DNA from: Lama glama
Lineage: Eukaryota
Assembly (NCBI GenBank): GCA_028534125.1
Contig: CM052816.1
Coordinates: forward strand, 63,118,001-63,182,000
DNA: 64,000 nucleotides
Direction of reading: 5' to 3'
The number at the start of each line of letters is the position of its first letter. The first letter of the stretch is position 1. Of the stretch, positions 39,715-52,398 are shown in pieces. The translations under genes and the position numbers were made by a program. The notes beneath the pieces were generated by a model. It was not told the origin of the DNA and searched no databases. It saw only the letters and a list, made by a program, of their open reading frames with translations.

Positions 39715-39900
39715 GGTGAGAGCTAGATCATCCACTCCAAATCCTGAGTCCACTGTTCAACAGTTACAGGCAAGTAACATAACTTCTCTGTAACTCAGTT
39801 TCTTCATCAGTGGTACAGAGTTGTGCTAAGGATAAAACAATTTATTTAAAATACTTGATACTGTGCCTCACACAGAAAAAGTACTATACACATGTCTGTC
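39715..39900 (+). mobile_element. MIR SINE
   Basis: ggcaagtaacataacttctctgtaactcagtttcttcatc...gttgtgctaaggataaa. Confidence 0.65.
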
Positions 39901-41689
39901 TTTGTTGTTGGTGGTGGTGTTACTACTAATTGCTGATGAGCCCAAGGGCTTCTAAAAGCCCAGATAACTTTCTAGCAACACCCCTGGCTACGAAGATCTA
40001 GATTTGAATGCACAAGATAGGTCACTCTCCTTTTGAGTAACCAGATTCAGACGACACGGTTATTGCAGTGAGGGGAGTACAAGGAGGGAGGAAGAGAAGA
40101 GGGAAAACAGGTAATGGTGATCAGATCTCCAATTCCAGATCCTACTTTCCAAACCAGCTCAGACAATGAGCCCTTAAGCCTTGATTTAATCATAGAATGT
40201 GCACAGCTTTGATCTCTTTCTGTAGTGGTAAAAATTCACAAATTCTGAAGTAATTTTCTAACAACTTTCTTTGCCTCCAACTTCCTTAATTTCAAAAGCT
40301 GGCTCAGAAGCACAGCTTGTTTTTCTAAGTACCTTTCTCATTTGCATGCAAAACTCTGTTTCGCCTTACACCCTTAATGAATATCAATAAGATGCTTTAA
40401 CTGATCATTATGAGCTTCAGGAAAATGCCATATACTTTGTTCTTTCATACTTTGACTGGTATTTAGAAGCATTGTTGGTGACAGCTGGACAAATGCTTTT
40501 TGGTGGCAGCTGGAGTGGGTGAAGGTCTTTGATATTTAGCATGAATGCTACAAATTGTGACTTTTACGGACGCATTTGGAGAGAGAATTCAAGAATTGAG
40601 AGGGCCCATGTGAGCGAAAGGCAGGACATGTTCAGAGGGAGATGAGAACCGTAATCAGTAAAAATTGGTGTAATGGGGAATGGGGGGGTGGTGGCAATAA
40701 GTTGGAAATCAAGTCTTCGTTTACTTTAAATGTACATTTCAACATTATATTTATGTGTCATTATGTTAAGGAGACCTCGATGGTTCAACTAACCTGAAAT
40801 AATTAGCATGTGGAACACTGAAGAGGAAAAGTAAAATAAAAATTGAAAGTATCATCATTATCATCATAATTACAAGGACAGAAGCAGTATCTGTGCTGTG
40901 CAGCAAGTACTTTGAAACACGTTTCAGATCTTGAGAAAGCAATATATTTTACAGAACATCACTAAAGAATACTTATGAATCTGCATTATTAAACAATCAA
41001 AGGAATACAGAGAGTTTCCAGAGAGAGAGTAAAGAGAGACAGATGGGGAAACTGGAGAAAGCAAATGGGAAAGGTAAGTTAATAAAAAAAAAAATCAGAA
41101 CTAAACAGAGTAATAATTTTTCCCCTTGTAGCAGAATGTTTACAGTGGGGAGATCAGAATGAGTTTCTCCTCACTCCCTTTTAAAGCTCACCATTCCTAT
41201 TCCACTTGTTGAAACCGCTGAAAAGAAATGGTAACACTAAAAAAATCAAACATATTCTTGAGAATTCTTCAGAATAAGGCAGAACACAGAATTTAAATCT
41301 TGGATTTACTGGATTCAAGGAACGTGTGTGGCTGTGGGTGATGTAATCGCGTGAAACTTAGGAACATTAAAATGACCTAAAGTCCCAGTATTATATAGAA
41401 GGAATGTAATAATGTTTATTACTTTTAGATTAAGTTAACTATGATACATATGTGCTTTAAAATAGCTAGGATAACTACTAAAATGATACACGTGGAGTAT
41501 ATAAATTCAAAACAGTAAAGAGAGATTAAACAGAGTAAGAAAAAAAATCCAAAAGAATGTAGGAAAGGAAAAAAGAATAAAAAGCATAATAATCAGACAA
41601 ATAGAAAACTCATAACAATATACCAGACAAGTAATCAAAACAGCACAGAATTGGCACAAAAACAGCTGGCTTCTTTCTTTGAGGTCCAT

Positions 41690-42500
41690 CCAGCTACCGG
41701 CAAAGACAGGGTACACCTAGAATTCTCATTCACTGCTAGTGTGAATACACACTGTACAGGCTCTCTGGCAGATAGTTTGACAGTTTCTAAAAAGTTGAAC
41801 ATACACATACCATAGGACCCAGCAACCCCACCCCTATGTACTGACAACGGAGAAATGAAAACTTATGTTCACACATATACCTAAACAAGAATATTTACAG
41901 GAGTTTTATTCATAATCACCAAAAACTGGAAACAATCCAAATGCTTTTCAACCAGTAAATGGATAGACAAACTACAGTATTTCCACTTAATGGAATAGTA
42001 GTCAGCAGAGAAAAAGAAAAGAAGTATTGCTATATGTAACAATGTGGATGGACCTCAAAGAAAGAAGCCAGCTTCAAGGGTTACATCTTAAGCAAGATTA
42101 TACTGTATAGCACAGGGAAATATATATATAAGATCTTGTGATAGCTCACAGCAAAAAAAAATGATAATGAATATATATATGTATGTTCATGTATAACTAA
42201 AAAATTGTGCTCTACACTGGAATTTGACGCAACATTGTAAAATGACTATAACTCAATAAAAAATGTAAAAAAAAAAAGGTTACATCTTGCATGATTCCAC
42301 TTATGTGACACCGTTGGAAAGACGGAAGCATAGTGATGGAGAACAGGTCAGTGGTTGCCAGGGATTAGAGGCAGGTGGAAGAGGCTACTGTAATGGGGAC
42401 AGCAGGACGGAGTTGACCCTGCCTATCCTGATTGTGGTCGTGCTGCATGAATCAACTCGTGTTAAAATGAGTAGAATTCTATACCGCTCCCCAAATTTTA
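41690..42500 (+). mobile_element. Old L1 (L1MB/MC/MD-type) 3' region
   Basis: cacataccataggacccagcaacccca...gagaaatgaaaacttatgttcacaca...ttattcataatcaccaaaaactggaaacaatccaaatg. Confidence 0.8.
42090..42275 (+). mobile_element. Young camelid-type L1 3' tail nested in the old L1
   Basis: gtatgttcatgtataact...tgtgctctacactggaatttgacgcaacattgtaaaatgactataactcaataaaaaatgt followed by polyA. TSD aag(g)gttacatctt. Confidence 0.9.
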
Positions 42501-42569
42501 ACATATTTCTGTATAATAGTATTACAATTGTTAATGTTTTTATTTACCTATACAGAAGCAGAAATGAAC

Positions 42570-43205
42570 CTTGAGAAACATTCACTTTTATCACTCTACA
42601 ATCTATTCTCCACAGAACAATCTGAGTAGTCCTTTTAAACACAAATTTGATTATGTCATGCAGCTGCTCAAAACATCCAAAACCTTCCCAACAATCTTGG
42701 AATAAAGTCCAAAGTCCGTAAGGCTCTGGTGATCCCGCCCATGCCTCCCTGCCTGCCCTCAATCCTCCCGCTCTCTCCCTGGCTCCCTCTGCTCCAGTCA
42801 CACTGACCTCCCTGCTGTTTCTCAAAGTACACTCCTGCCTCAGGGTCCTCACGCTTGCTGTTCCCATTGCCTACAACTCCCTTCCCTCGGTTATCACAGG
42901 ACTTGCTGCCTCACTTCAATCAGGTCTCCACTCACATGTCATTCTTTTAGGGTAGCTTTCTGGGACCACTGGATCTGAGACAGTAAGCCCCCTTACACTG
43001 CTTTTTTTTTTTTTTTTTACTGTATTGTTTCTTTCAACTGATAGATTAAATCTTCTCCTTCTCCTCCCCACCTACCCCCAACCCCGCCCCAGCTCCATTC
43101 AGTGAGAATGGCACTTCTTGGCTCTTTTTTCCCCTCCAAATGAATCTCCAACATCAAGAATAGTACCTGGTATATAGTAGGCATTCAAATTATTGTCAAA
43201 TCAAT
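42570..43205 (+). mobile_element. L2a 3' region
   Basis: tacaatctattctccacag...ctgctcaaaac...ctctgctccagtcacactgacctcc...tcctgcctcaggg...tacctggtatatagtaggcattcaa. Confidence 0.8.
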
Positions 43206-43765
43206 GTACAGAGTAAAATAACTTTTACCACATGATTCAGAAAATCACAGGTAACTTTCATTACCTCCTTAATCCTCATCAGCCCCTTACTTGGCCTTCC
43301 CCCTTGTGAATCAGGTAACAACAGCTACTCAGCCTGTCTTCCTGCCAACAGGCAATTCTGAGCAATCTCAACTTCCTTCCTCCCTAGTAAAGAGAGACAG
43401 GAGGTTTAAATAGATATTTTGAATCACTGGGAGTTATTTTTATTATTAAAATGTTACTAAATGTTGTTCTAGCTCCCTATTGTTCATTGTCAATGAGGTT
43501 TAAATCATCCTCCCAAGATGATTTTATGAGGAGATGCCATTTTAGAGCAAAAAAATAAGAGTCACATCTCCGATTTCTGAGTCTGGGGACAGGGGAGTGA
43601 ATGCTTAGCCAGTTATTTTCAGCATATTTCACAGCATTCGAGAGTCCATTTCAGAAAATTACTGCAGTCTCATCCCATCATATCTTCCAGAATTAAGTTA
43701 CTTATGTTTCATTTTATTCTGAAAATAGCTTGTCATAAGCCAATTTTTTGGACCTGGAAACCTAC

Positions 43766-43981
43766 GTTTTTCTTGGAGAGGGATGGAGTATAAAGCCACA
43801 CTTGTTAAATCTGAAGCTCTTCTATCAGTGGTTTGTTGTTTTTTCCAGAATGATGGGCAAATGTTGAACTTTGAAATGTCATCACTTCATTGCCAAATAG
43901 CCAATCTTTTCCCAGGAAAATTGCTAGTTCTGAGATCACTGATTGTATCTTTTCAATTGCACCATCTTCCAAATGTGAAAT
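43766..43981 (-). pseudogene. Candidate pseudo-exon FTFGRWCN*KDTISDLRTSNFPGKRLAIWQ*SDDISKFNICPSFWKKQQTTDRRASDLTSVALYSIPLQEK (alternative frame ISHLEDGAIEKIQSVISELAIFLGKDWLFG...)
   Basis: Acceptor after tttctctgtttcttcct...gctaag, donor AAC|gtaggt, 216 nt, phase 1 to 1. Confidence 0.4.
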
Positions 43982-44349
43982 CTTAGCAACAGTAAGATGG
44001 CCAGGAAGAAACAGAGAAAGCCTCAAAGCCAGGTATTTTATAAATAGGAGCTGTCTTCTTTGCTTGAAATACACACTATCTTAAAGTTTATTCCTAGTTT
44101 TAAAAGATACTTTCAACAAATGGTAAATTTTAAAAAGACATTATGCCTTTTATTATAAACAAGAAACTGAAGTAGTTCATTCACGTTACGTTCTCAACAA
44201 TGGGAAAGTTTTAGAACTGTGTCTTGCTTCAGACTACTGCCTCAAATAAATATTTTCTTTTATTTCATCCACAGTGTCACAATTTGTGGTTAAAATTATA
44301 CCTTCCAGGGGGGAAAAAAAAAGGTACTGAGAGTGACAGTTTAGCTCCT

Positions 44350-45402
44350 TAAGTTAAAACTCCATGAGCAATCACAAGAAAATGTAAGGGAAAATTTTCA
44401 TGATATTGGTCTTGGCAGTGATTTCTTGGATATGACACAATCAGAAGAGTGAAAAGGCAACCAAAGGAATTGGAGAAAATATGTGCAAATCATATAGCTG
44501 ATAAAACATTAATATCCAGATTATATAACTAACTAAACAATAAAACATCTAATAACCTGATTTTTAAAAGAGGTAAAGGACTGCAACAGACGTTTCTCAA
44601 AAGATAATTTCAAATGGCTAATGCACATATGAAAAGATAGTCAACATCACTAATCATCAGAGAAATGCAAGTCAAAGTCACAATGAGGTATCACCCTTCA
44701 CCCATTAGGATGGCTACTATTAAAAAAAAAAAAGCAAAAGTAACAAGTGTTGTTGAGGAGACAAAAAATTAGAAACCCTTGTGCACTGTTGACTGGTTTA
44801 TAAAATCATGCAACAGATATGGAAAACAGTATGGGATTCTTCAAAAAAATTAAAAAGATTTCCATGTGATCCAGCAATCCCACTCTTGGGTATAAACCCA
44901 AAAGAACTGCAGGATTTCAAAAAGATATTTGCACACCATGTCCAGAGCAGAACTATTCACAATTGCCAAGAGGTGAAAACAACTCAAATATTCATCTGTT
45001 CAACAGATGAAATGATAAACAAAACATGATATACATGTACAGTGGAATATTATTCATCTTTAACAAGGAAAAACATCTTGCCACATGCTACATCAATGAA
45101 CTTTGAGAACATTATGCTAAATGAAATAAGCCAGTCACAAAAAGACAAACACTGTATGATTCTGTAGTAAGAGGTATATAAAGTAGGCAAATTCATGAAG
45201 ACAGAAAGTAGCAGAGTGGTTAACAGGATGGTGGACAGGGCACAAGGAGGGTTGTTTCTTGGGTGGAAAGTTTCAGGTTTGCAAGATGAAAAAGTTCTAG
45301 AGAGCTGTTTCACAACAGTATGCATATACTTCACATTGCTGAACTGTATACTTTAAAACGATACAGATGGTAACTTACATGTTACGTATTTTTTACCACA
45401 AT
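44350..45402 (+). mobile_element. L1MB-type 3' portion
   Basis: catgatattggtcttggcagtgatttcttggatatgaca...cccattaggatggctactat...gtttgcaagatgaaaaagttctagag...tattttttaccacaa. Confidence 0.88.
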
Positions 45403-46402
45403 TTTTCAGTAATGCTACATGAGCAGTTTAATTGGTTACGCTGTCCAAAGAACTGGTGTGATCCTTCATGAGAGTGAGTTCTAGACACATCTTCAAGAAA
45501 GTCCTCAGAGAAAGAAGCCACTGGCGATCCTTCAACACTCAGCCCAGAACCAAACCAGCATGATGGCAGAAAAGCACACACACAAAAAAAACCACTGGTC
45601 ACCTGAGCAATACGATTTAAAGAAAGTCAGAAAAGTTCTGTATGACTCAAAATGTCTGCCCCTTTGTGTTTGGACATCTCTCCTCAGCCTTTGCATAATG
45701 CCTAATTGCTTTCAGTTAAAAACTAGTATGTGCTAAACAGGATCCATTTCCATTGGGCAATTAGCAGAAATTAACTTGATCTTGTGACATTTTTCCTTCA
45801 ACTAACAGAGATTTGCCACAATGAAGTATCCCTGAAGAAGAAAGAATGTAAGTTAGGGTCATGGGATACTTTAACAGAAAGCCAACCCATGTGGAATGCT
45901 ACAAGTCACGCTAGAGACATCAGGACAGTAAAAAAAAAAAAAAAAAAAAAAAACCATTAAAAAATAGGGAGAAGGCCTCAGACTAATGAATTGTCCAGCT
46001 GTCCATCTGGAAATGTACTGGGCCTCTCTCCAGTTCCATGTCCAGTAACTGGAGAATCTGAAGCACTGAGTTTTATCACATTTAAATAACAGTAGGCAAG
46101 TTTAATTACAGAATGGAACAATCTTTATTACTTGGCTTCTGTGAACAAGATATCATTTTTCATCTATTTTTAATGAAAATGTAGTGTTTGATATACTTTA
46201 TCCATTTAGTATTTTAATACTTTAATGTGCTATATTCTTAAGGACATACAAATTAAGGCGAGTTTTACTCTAAAAATAGTGCCAACAAAATATCTATGAG
46301 TAAAAAGTTCAGACATATCAATCTAGATAGTTATTTTATAGGACAGAGATCTTTCTAAATTTCTTTTCTGTTAAATGTACTGTGCCACCAAATTCTATAG
46401 GC

Positions 46403-46592
46403 CAGTGGTTCCCACACCTAAACAGGCATCAGAACCACATTACAGGGTTTGCTAAAACAGGAAATGCTGGGGCCAGCCCCAGAGCTTCTTACTTAGGAAG
46501 TTCTGGGGCAAGGCCCAAGAATTTAAATTTCCAGCATGTTCCCAGAAGATGCTGACGTTGCCGACTGTGAAGAAGAACTTGAGAACCTTTGC
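46403..46592. mobile_element. MER5A hAT MITE
   Basis: cagtggttccca...gcatcagaaccac...gggtttgctaaaacag...tgctggggcc...ttgagaacctttg. Confidence 0.75.
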
Positions 46593-46743
46593 TGTAAAAA
46601 CTGTTACTTTTGTATAACAAGCTGAGTAAATGCCACAGGAGAAACTTTTTAGTAAGCTATATTTCTCATTTAAAAAAAAATTATTAACCTCAGATTCACT
46701 CATTGTTGACAGATGGCATGGCTGTTCGGTTGTCCAGGCTTAC

Positions 46744-46876
46744 CCCTCAGTAGACAACGTATGTACCACAGCGTCAGGCTTAGCGTAAGGTTGTAACCAG
46801 CTCCAGAGCAGCTTTGCCACTGTGCAGGGCCAGCCTGAGGCATGTGGGCTTACTGAATCTCCATGCTGGCAGTTTT
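46744..46876 (-). pseudogene. Candidate exon, frame ambiguous (open: NCQHGDSVSPHASGWPCTVAKLLWSWLQPYAKPDAVVHTLSTE)
   Basis: Acceptor ctctttataatag, donor GGG|gtaagc, 133 nt, retains CpGs. Confidence 0.35.
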
Positions 46877-48451
46877 CTATTATAAAGAGTATGCAGAAAT
46901 CTGTTAAAATTTTATGTCATTTCAGAGGCTCATAAATGAATGATAAACTAAAACTGAACAGCAATTCATCCATGAATATGAACCACTGCTAGTAGTGGTC
47001 TGTTCAATATTGCCTTGAAATATCAAAACAATATATCAAAAATTTGCCTTTATTTCTGAGGTCATATTGAAGTTCTCTGCAGTCTATTTTGTTTTCTGTG
47101 AGGTGATTTATGGGAAAGAGAGGCCAAAAAACCCGATCATATTCATAAACAAGATGTAAGGGTAACACTAATTAACACTAATTCTTAGCAAGAGAACCAA
47201 CACATGTTCACACCACATCAAGCACACATATATGGCACTTTTTTAAAAAAAAAAAAAAGGAAACTGTTCTAGCATGTAATATTCTCTTCTCATTTATCCT
47301 GACAGAGTTAAACAGAAATTATCTGGGAGTGTGCAGATCACAGATCAGCACCTTTCTAGACTCAATTTCTCAGCTTGCCCTTTGTTGACAAGGTTAGCAG
47401 ACAAGCACTCAGGAGACTCTGAGATGACTTCTCAGAGTTCTCCCTGACAATCTCCCCCGCTTCTCTCCCAAGACTAAACCCGGCTTTCATCGTGACATGT
47501 CTCTATACAGACAGACGTCTTGACTGGCTTTGCTTTTCCTGGCAGGTACAACTTGGGAGAACGTACTAAAGTTGTAGTCATTACTAATGAACCTAACATT
47601 GTGCTAGGCGTTGAGGTCAGACTGGTGACCTGACAGGGTCTCTGCCCTCGTGTATCAGGTGTGAGGGTTGGGACAGGCACCGAGCCAGTGGGGAAGGCCT
47701 TCTGTACCTGTAGAGCTGAGCCAACCCTGGGGCAGGAAGGGACTGTCGTACTGTGCCTAACAGGTTCCAGAACACAGTATGGGTATCTTTTAAAATATCT
47801 GTTAATGGATTTGGTTGTTTTGTGATTGAAGGAAACTTAAAATGTGCCAGACATAGCCCTTTGGATTGTTCCATCCATAAATATTTTATGAACTGCCAGA
47901 AAATTCAGTCATAAGACTGATTTCTTCATAAATATCAAGGTTTCCAAGAAAGAAAGCATTTCAGATGCCAAGTTTCATATGAAAGTTGCTAGTTTCCTCC
48001 ATGATCCAGAATACATTTCCACTAAAACAAAACATGAATGTGATGAATAGATATGCTATTTTACATGCAGTTTTTTTTGTTTTACTCAGGCAGACAATGA
48101 ATTTGACTCATTTTTAGGAAATGGAACAAACCAAGCAGCGACTCTGGCACTAACTGACAATTTGACTAAATTGCCCAATAAATTAATTCAATTATAAACC
48201 TGGCCAATAATTTTAAAAGGACTCATGGTTTTCTGTATAGCTTCAAAATATCCTTAACACAAAAGACTAAATTTGACAGAGATGCTTGTTGCACTCGATT
48301 CAATAAAACACTTAGGAATGAACTAATTTTCAGTATCTATCCCCCTAAAGAAAAGCAGAAACTCCAGTCGCCCTATTCTTCCTGACTTATAATAAAATGT
48401 TGTGAATTTACTTGCTTAGAACCACTCCTTGCCACTACTATCAATCTTGGA

Positions 48452-49940
48452 TCCATTCATTCATTCATTCATTCATTCAACAATTCATTATTGAATAAAA
48501 CTGTGTGCCAAGCACAAAGTTAGGTGCTAGAAATATGGTAAACAGCAAAATGACAGAATGCCTGCTCCTTTTTTTGGTAAATAAAAACAGGTATTAATCA
48601 AATTTTCACCAAACTAATATAAAATTGAACTTTAGTTAACACTACAGAGGAAAGGAGCTTGTTTCCATGAGAGTATACAATAGGGGGAATAAGGATGAGA
48701 TGTTTGAGCTGAGATTAGGAAAAATAATGTGGATATATGGGTTACCAAGGTTGACACTGAAAGGTGGCTGTTCTAGATATTTGCCAACAAAAACAAAAAC
48801 AAAAATAAAAAAGACAGCCTAATAGCTTAGTAACATTTTATCATTATGTCTTATAATTCTGTAGGTCAGAATTTTAACCGGGCAATCTACTGCTCCATGT
48901 GGCATCATATGCGGTTACTCCATGATGTGTAGCAGGCAGCTGGGCTGACCTGCAGGGTCCAAGGTCTTCACGCACATGCCTGGCGTCTAGGCAGGGATGG
49001 CTGGAAAACTGGGCTTATCTGGGCCCCTTCTCCATCTTCCCCTCCTCCCTCTTCCCTTCCACATTCTCTCTCAGACAGATAGTCACACTTCTAAAGTGGC
49101 AGCTCAGGCTAAGGGACGAAAGTAGAAGCAATTAGTCCTCTTAAAAGTTAGTCCCCAAACTGGCTCAAATTCACTTCCACTGTACTTTCTTGATCAAAGT
49201 AATTGTAGTCCAGTCTGAATTCAACAAAAGGAAAATGAACACCATCTCTCAACAGGAGGTGTGTCAAGGAATTTGTGTACATCTTTAATCCACCACGGTG
49301 GTAGAAAAAGCATTCGAGGTAAAGAAAATCGCACAGAAAAAGGCCCTATGACAGAAGAAATCCTGGTAGAACCAGGGAACAGTGGGATCTGTGTAGTTTC
49401 CGCACATAGGCGCAAGCTGAAACCTGGAGATGTATATAGAAGCCAGCTTTTGAGGGACCTTGCAAGTCAAGAATGGAGTCTTTCTCCTAAAAGCAATGAG
49501 GAATCATTAAAGAATTTTTTATGCAGGGAATGAAATGATCAGTTTTGCAGCTCAAAGAAATCAATCTATATAAAGGAAATACCAACTGGAGGGAGGTCAG
49601 AGTGAATACATAGAGGCCACTCAAGAAAACCAGGTAAGAAATGACGGTTATGGCGCTGACACTGTTAGCAGTGAATATGGAGATGAATGCAGGATTCGAG
49701 AGCTTTTTTAGTCAGTGAAGCTAATGGAACTTTATTGATGTGCTCCGTATGGGAAGTAAAGGACAGGGAGACAAAGCTCTCAAGAATGAGTACTAGATCT
49801 AGTGTATGCAATAAGATGAAAGTTTCTATTCACTGTGATGGAAATGCTAAAAGAACACCGTGTTTGGGAGAAGCAGATCATGGGTTCAAACTGTCTTGGA
49901 TTTGTAGGTCTGGAAATCAGACCAGAGACCTGGGTTGGGG
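48452..49940 (-). mobile_element. L2 fragments with a (cattcatt)n tail, interrupted by an LTR
   Basis: cattcattcattcattcaacaattcattattgaat...ctgtgtgccaagcac is the antisense L2 terminus; more antisense L2 motifs at 49300-49940. Confidence 0.65.
48770..49275 (-). mobile_element. Old MaLR LTR (MLT1H-K-like)
   Basis: ttataattctgtaggtcagaa...ctactgctccatgtggcatca...cacatgcctggc...cacttccactgtactttcttgatcaaagtaa. Confidence 0.6.
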
Positions 49941-51129
49941 GTAGAAGTCCTGTATGTACCTCTAAAACTAATCTTCCTATAACAACACATTTATCTCAGC
50001 TTCCTTAGGATACAAACTGTAGCTCTTATTATTTTCCAGATCAAATATCTAAAGTCACTGCCAAGCGCTGAAATCTACCCTCCCCTTCACCGACACTCAT
50101 CACCTCTGTGGTACTTCTGTACATGCCTTTCCCACCATATAGGCCTTACTTATTATTATCTGTGATAATACCTTTCTTTAAGAATCAGTTGGCACCTCAC
50201 CTTTTTGCATGGGAACAGTTTTCTGATTAATCCAACTTCCACACGCTACATTTTGTCATCATTTCTCTTGCTTTAGAGGCTACATCATGTGCACTAAGGT
50301 TTGTATTTATGCTGTTTCGTGCAGGTATATCTTGTTTCTCCAAACAGAGCACCAACTTCTGGAAGGCAGAAGCTGTGGGTTTTACTTCTTCTACAGTCTT
50401 AACAGTATTATAGTACCATCGACACAGCAGATATGTCAAAACTGAATTAAAACACATGTCAACTGATCATTTCTCTATGTTAGTTTCTAAGAAATCTTTC
50501 TTGGAAATAGAATAGAGAGAGAAATGGAGATCACTAAAAAATAAAGTAATAAAATCTTTGTCATAATGTTCTACAATTAAGCAATGAAAGTATGTTTAAC
50601 ACTCTACCATATGCTATTTTAATTTTATTGTTTTTGAATTTGACCAAAAGAGATGGGGCTACTAATACACATTAATAAAAATGTATGTATTACTGTATAA
50701 CAAAATGCAGATTAAAGTCATTAAGATAAACAATATCATATGGACTTCATTCTTTGCCATCTATGTTTTTATGATTCTTCCATGTAAATATATGTCATTG
50801 AAAGGCTGAATGGAGCTACAAAACTCTCTAAAGCTTTGTCATCTTTTAGCAAATTGAATTTATGCTGTACTTCTGAGTGTTTTATTTTCTTTAAGCTTGG
50901 AAATACTGGCTTGAAATGCTAGTATTTAATATTCTAATTTGTTTCCCTGAGTTTTAATATTTTTCAATAAAAATTCTGAATAGAACACATTTTGTGGGGC
51001 CTGACCATTCATAAGAAGCAATCATTAGAAGGATGACCAATTGCCTTGAACTGTTCCAAGGGTCCCGTTTTAACCCCAGGGTAATTTTAGCCACCAACCT
51101 ATGATACAGTCATAGCAACTGGACTGATT

Positions 51130-52398
51130 CTTGAAATGACGCCTGAACTAGAAAACCAAATAAAACAGGAATTCACCATTTTCAGACATTGAGAAACAGG
51201 CAGTAAAGGACAGTGATCCTTAATATAAGGGAACAAATGAGACTAGTATTACAGATGCCACATTTTATCACCTAGAGAGAACATCCAGCCTACAGAGAAG
51301 GTAAATCCCAACAGAGCCCAGCAAACTCCCTGAGCTGAGTAGACAAAAATACGATATTAAGCAGGTTAAGATTACCAGAATTTGTGGGACAAAATAAAAC
51401 AAAGGAAGTAACTGCATAGAGACATGTCTGAAGAAGGTTCCCTAAAGCTATGGCTGAGTGCAGATCTTCTTATGTGTGTTTAAATTTAAAAAGTAACAAA
51501 TGCCTTGGAAAAAAACTATCTGGAAGAAATAGGCCAAAGAAATCTCCAGAGCTTATTCAGGACTAAAGTTTGTGTTCCTACCAGAGTGGAATTACCTCCT
51601 AATACCCAAGAGTAAAATCCTCTAGAGGTAGTCCTTCAGTAGTGGGGCCAAATTAGCCCTTCATTAAGGGCTGATCTGACTCACCACAGCAAAGTTTGAA
51701 AAGAATTTTTGGAATACTCAAACTAATTTCAAGTGATTTAACTGTGTTGCAGAACAAAGCCCAACAATATTTAAAGGAATACAAAAAAAAACCAAACAAA
51801 CTACCAGCTAACAATATAAAACTCACAATATCCAACATCTAATCTAAAATTACGAGGCATGGAAATATATCAAGAAAACATGACTCATAACTAAGAGGAA
51901 GATCAATCAACAGTACAGACCCAGAAATGACAAAAATGATAGAATTAGCAAACAATGATAGATATTATATCTGTATACTTATACTCCATAAGTTTAAGAA
52001 TATTTATTTATATAATCAATGTATGTATGTTCATGTATAACTGAAAATTTGTGCTCTACACTGGAATTTGACACAACATTGTAAAATGACCATAACTCAA
52101 TAAAAAAATGTTTAAAATAAATAAATAAAAATGTATGTATTAAAAAAAGAATATATATATATATATATAATATATAAAAACAGCTGTTATATCTATACTT
52201 CACATGTTTAAGAAGTTAGGAAAAACTAAGAACATAAATAGAGGAAAAAATTTGAAGACATAAAAAGACCTCAAACTTCTAGAGATGAAATATGCAATAT
52301 CTGAAATGATAAATAACCCAGATGGGACTACCTGCATATTAGACACAACAGAATAAAAGACTTCTGAACCTGAAGACATAACAAAAGAAATTATCCAA
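51130..52398 (+). mobile_element. Old L1 5' region and ORF1 start (left part)
   Basis: cagacccagaaatgacaaaaatgatagaattagca...aacttctagagatgaaa...gcatattagacacaacagaataaaagacttctgaacctgaagaca. Confidence 0.75.
52013..52146 (+). mobile_element. Young camelid-type L1 3' tail
   Basis: gtatgttcatgtataactgaaaatttgtgctctacactggaatttgacacaacattgtaaaatgac; same family as 42090-42275. Confidence 0.85.

Noticed and set aside
40340..40347. Octamer ATTTGCAT (also near 24633) and a CRE at 53832
   Set aside because: Single 8-mers are expected by chance in 64 kb, and there is no CpG island or supporting promoter context.
38953..43981. In-frame TGA codons read as selenocysteine or programmed read-through
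   Set aside because: TAA and TAG stops and a frameshift occur in the same chain and I identified no SECIS. CpG decay of CGA is the simpler explanation.
43805..44074. Minus-strand ORF with a GST-C/AIMP2-like look (FLGKDWLFGNE) and a KPLIEEL ending
   Set aside because: The resemblance is too short to support, and a different frame fits the neighbouring segments better. No gene name assigned.
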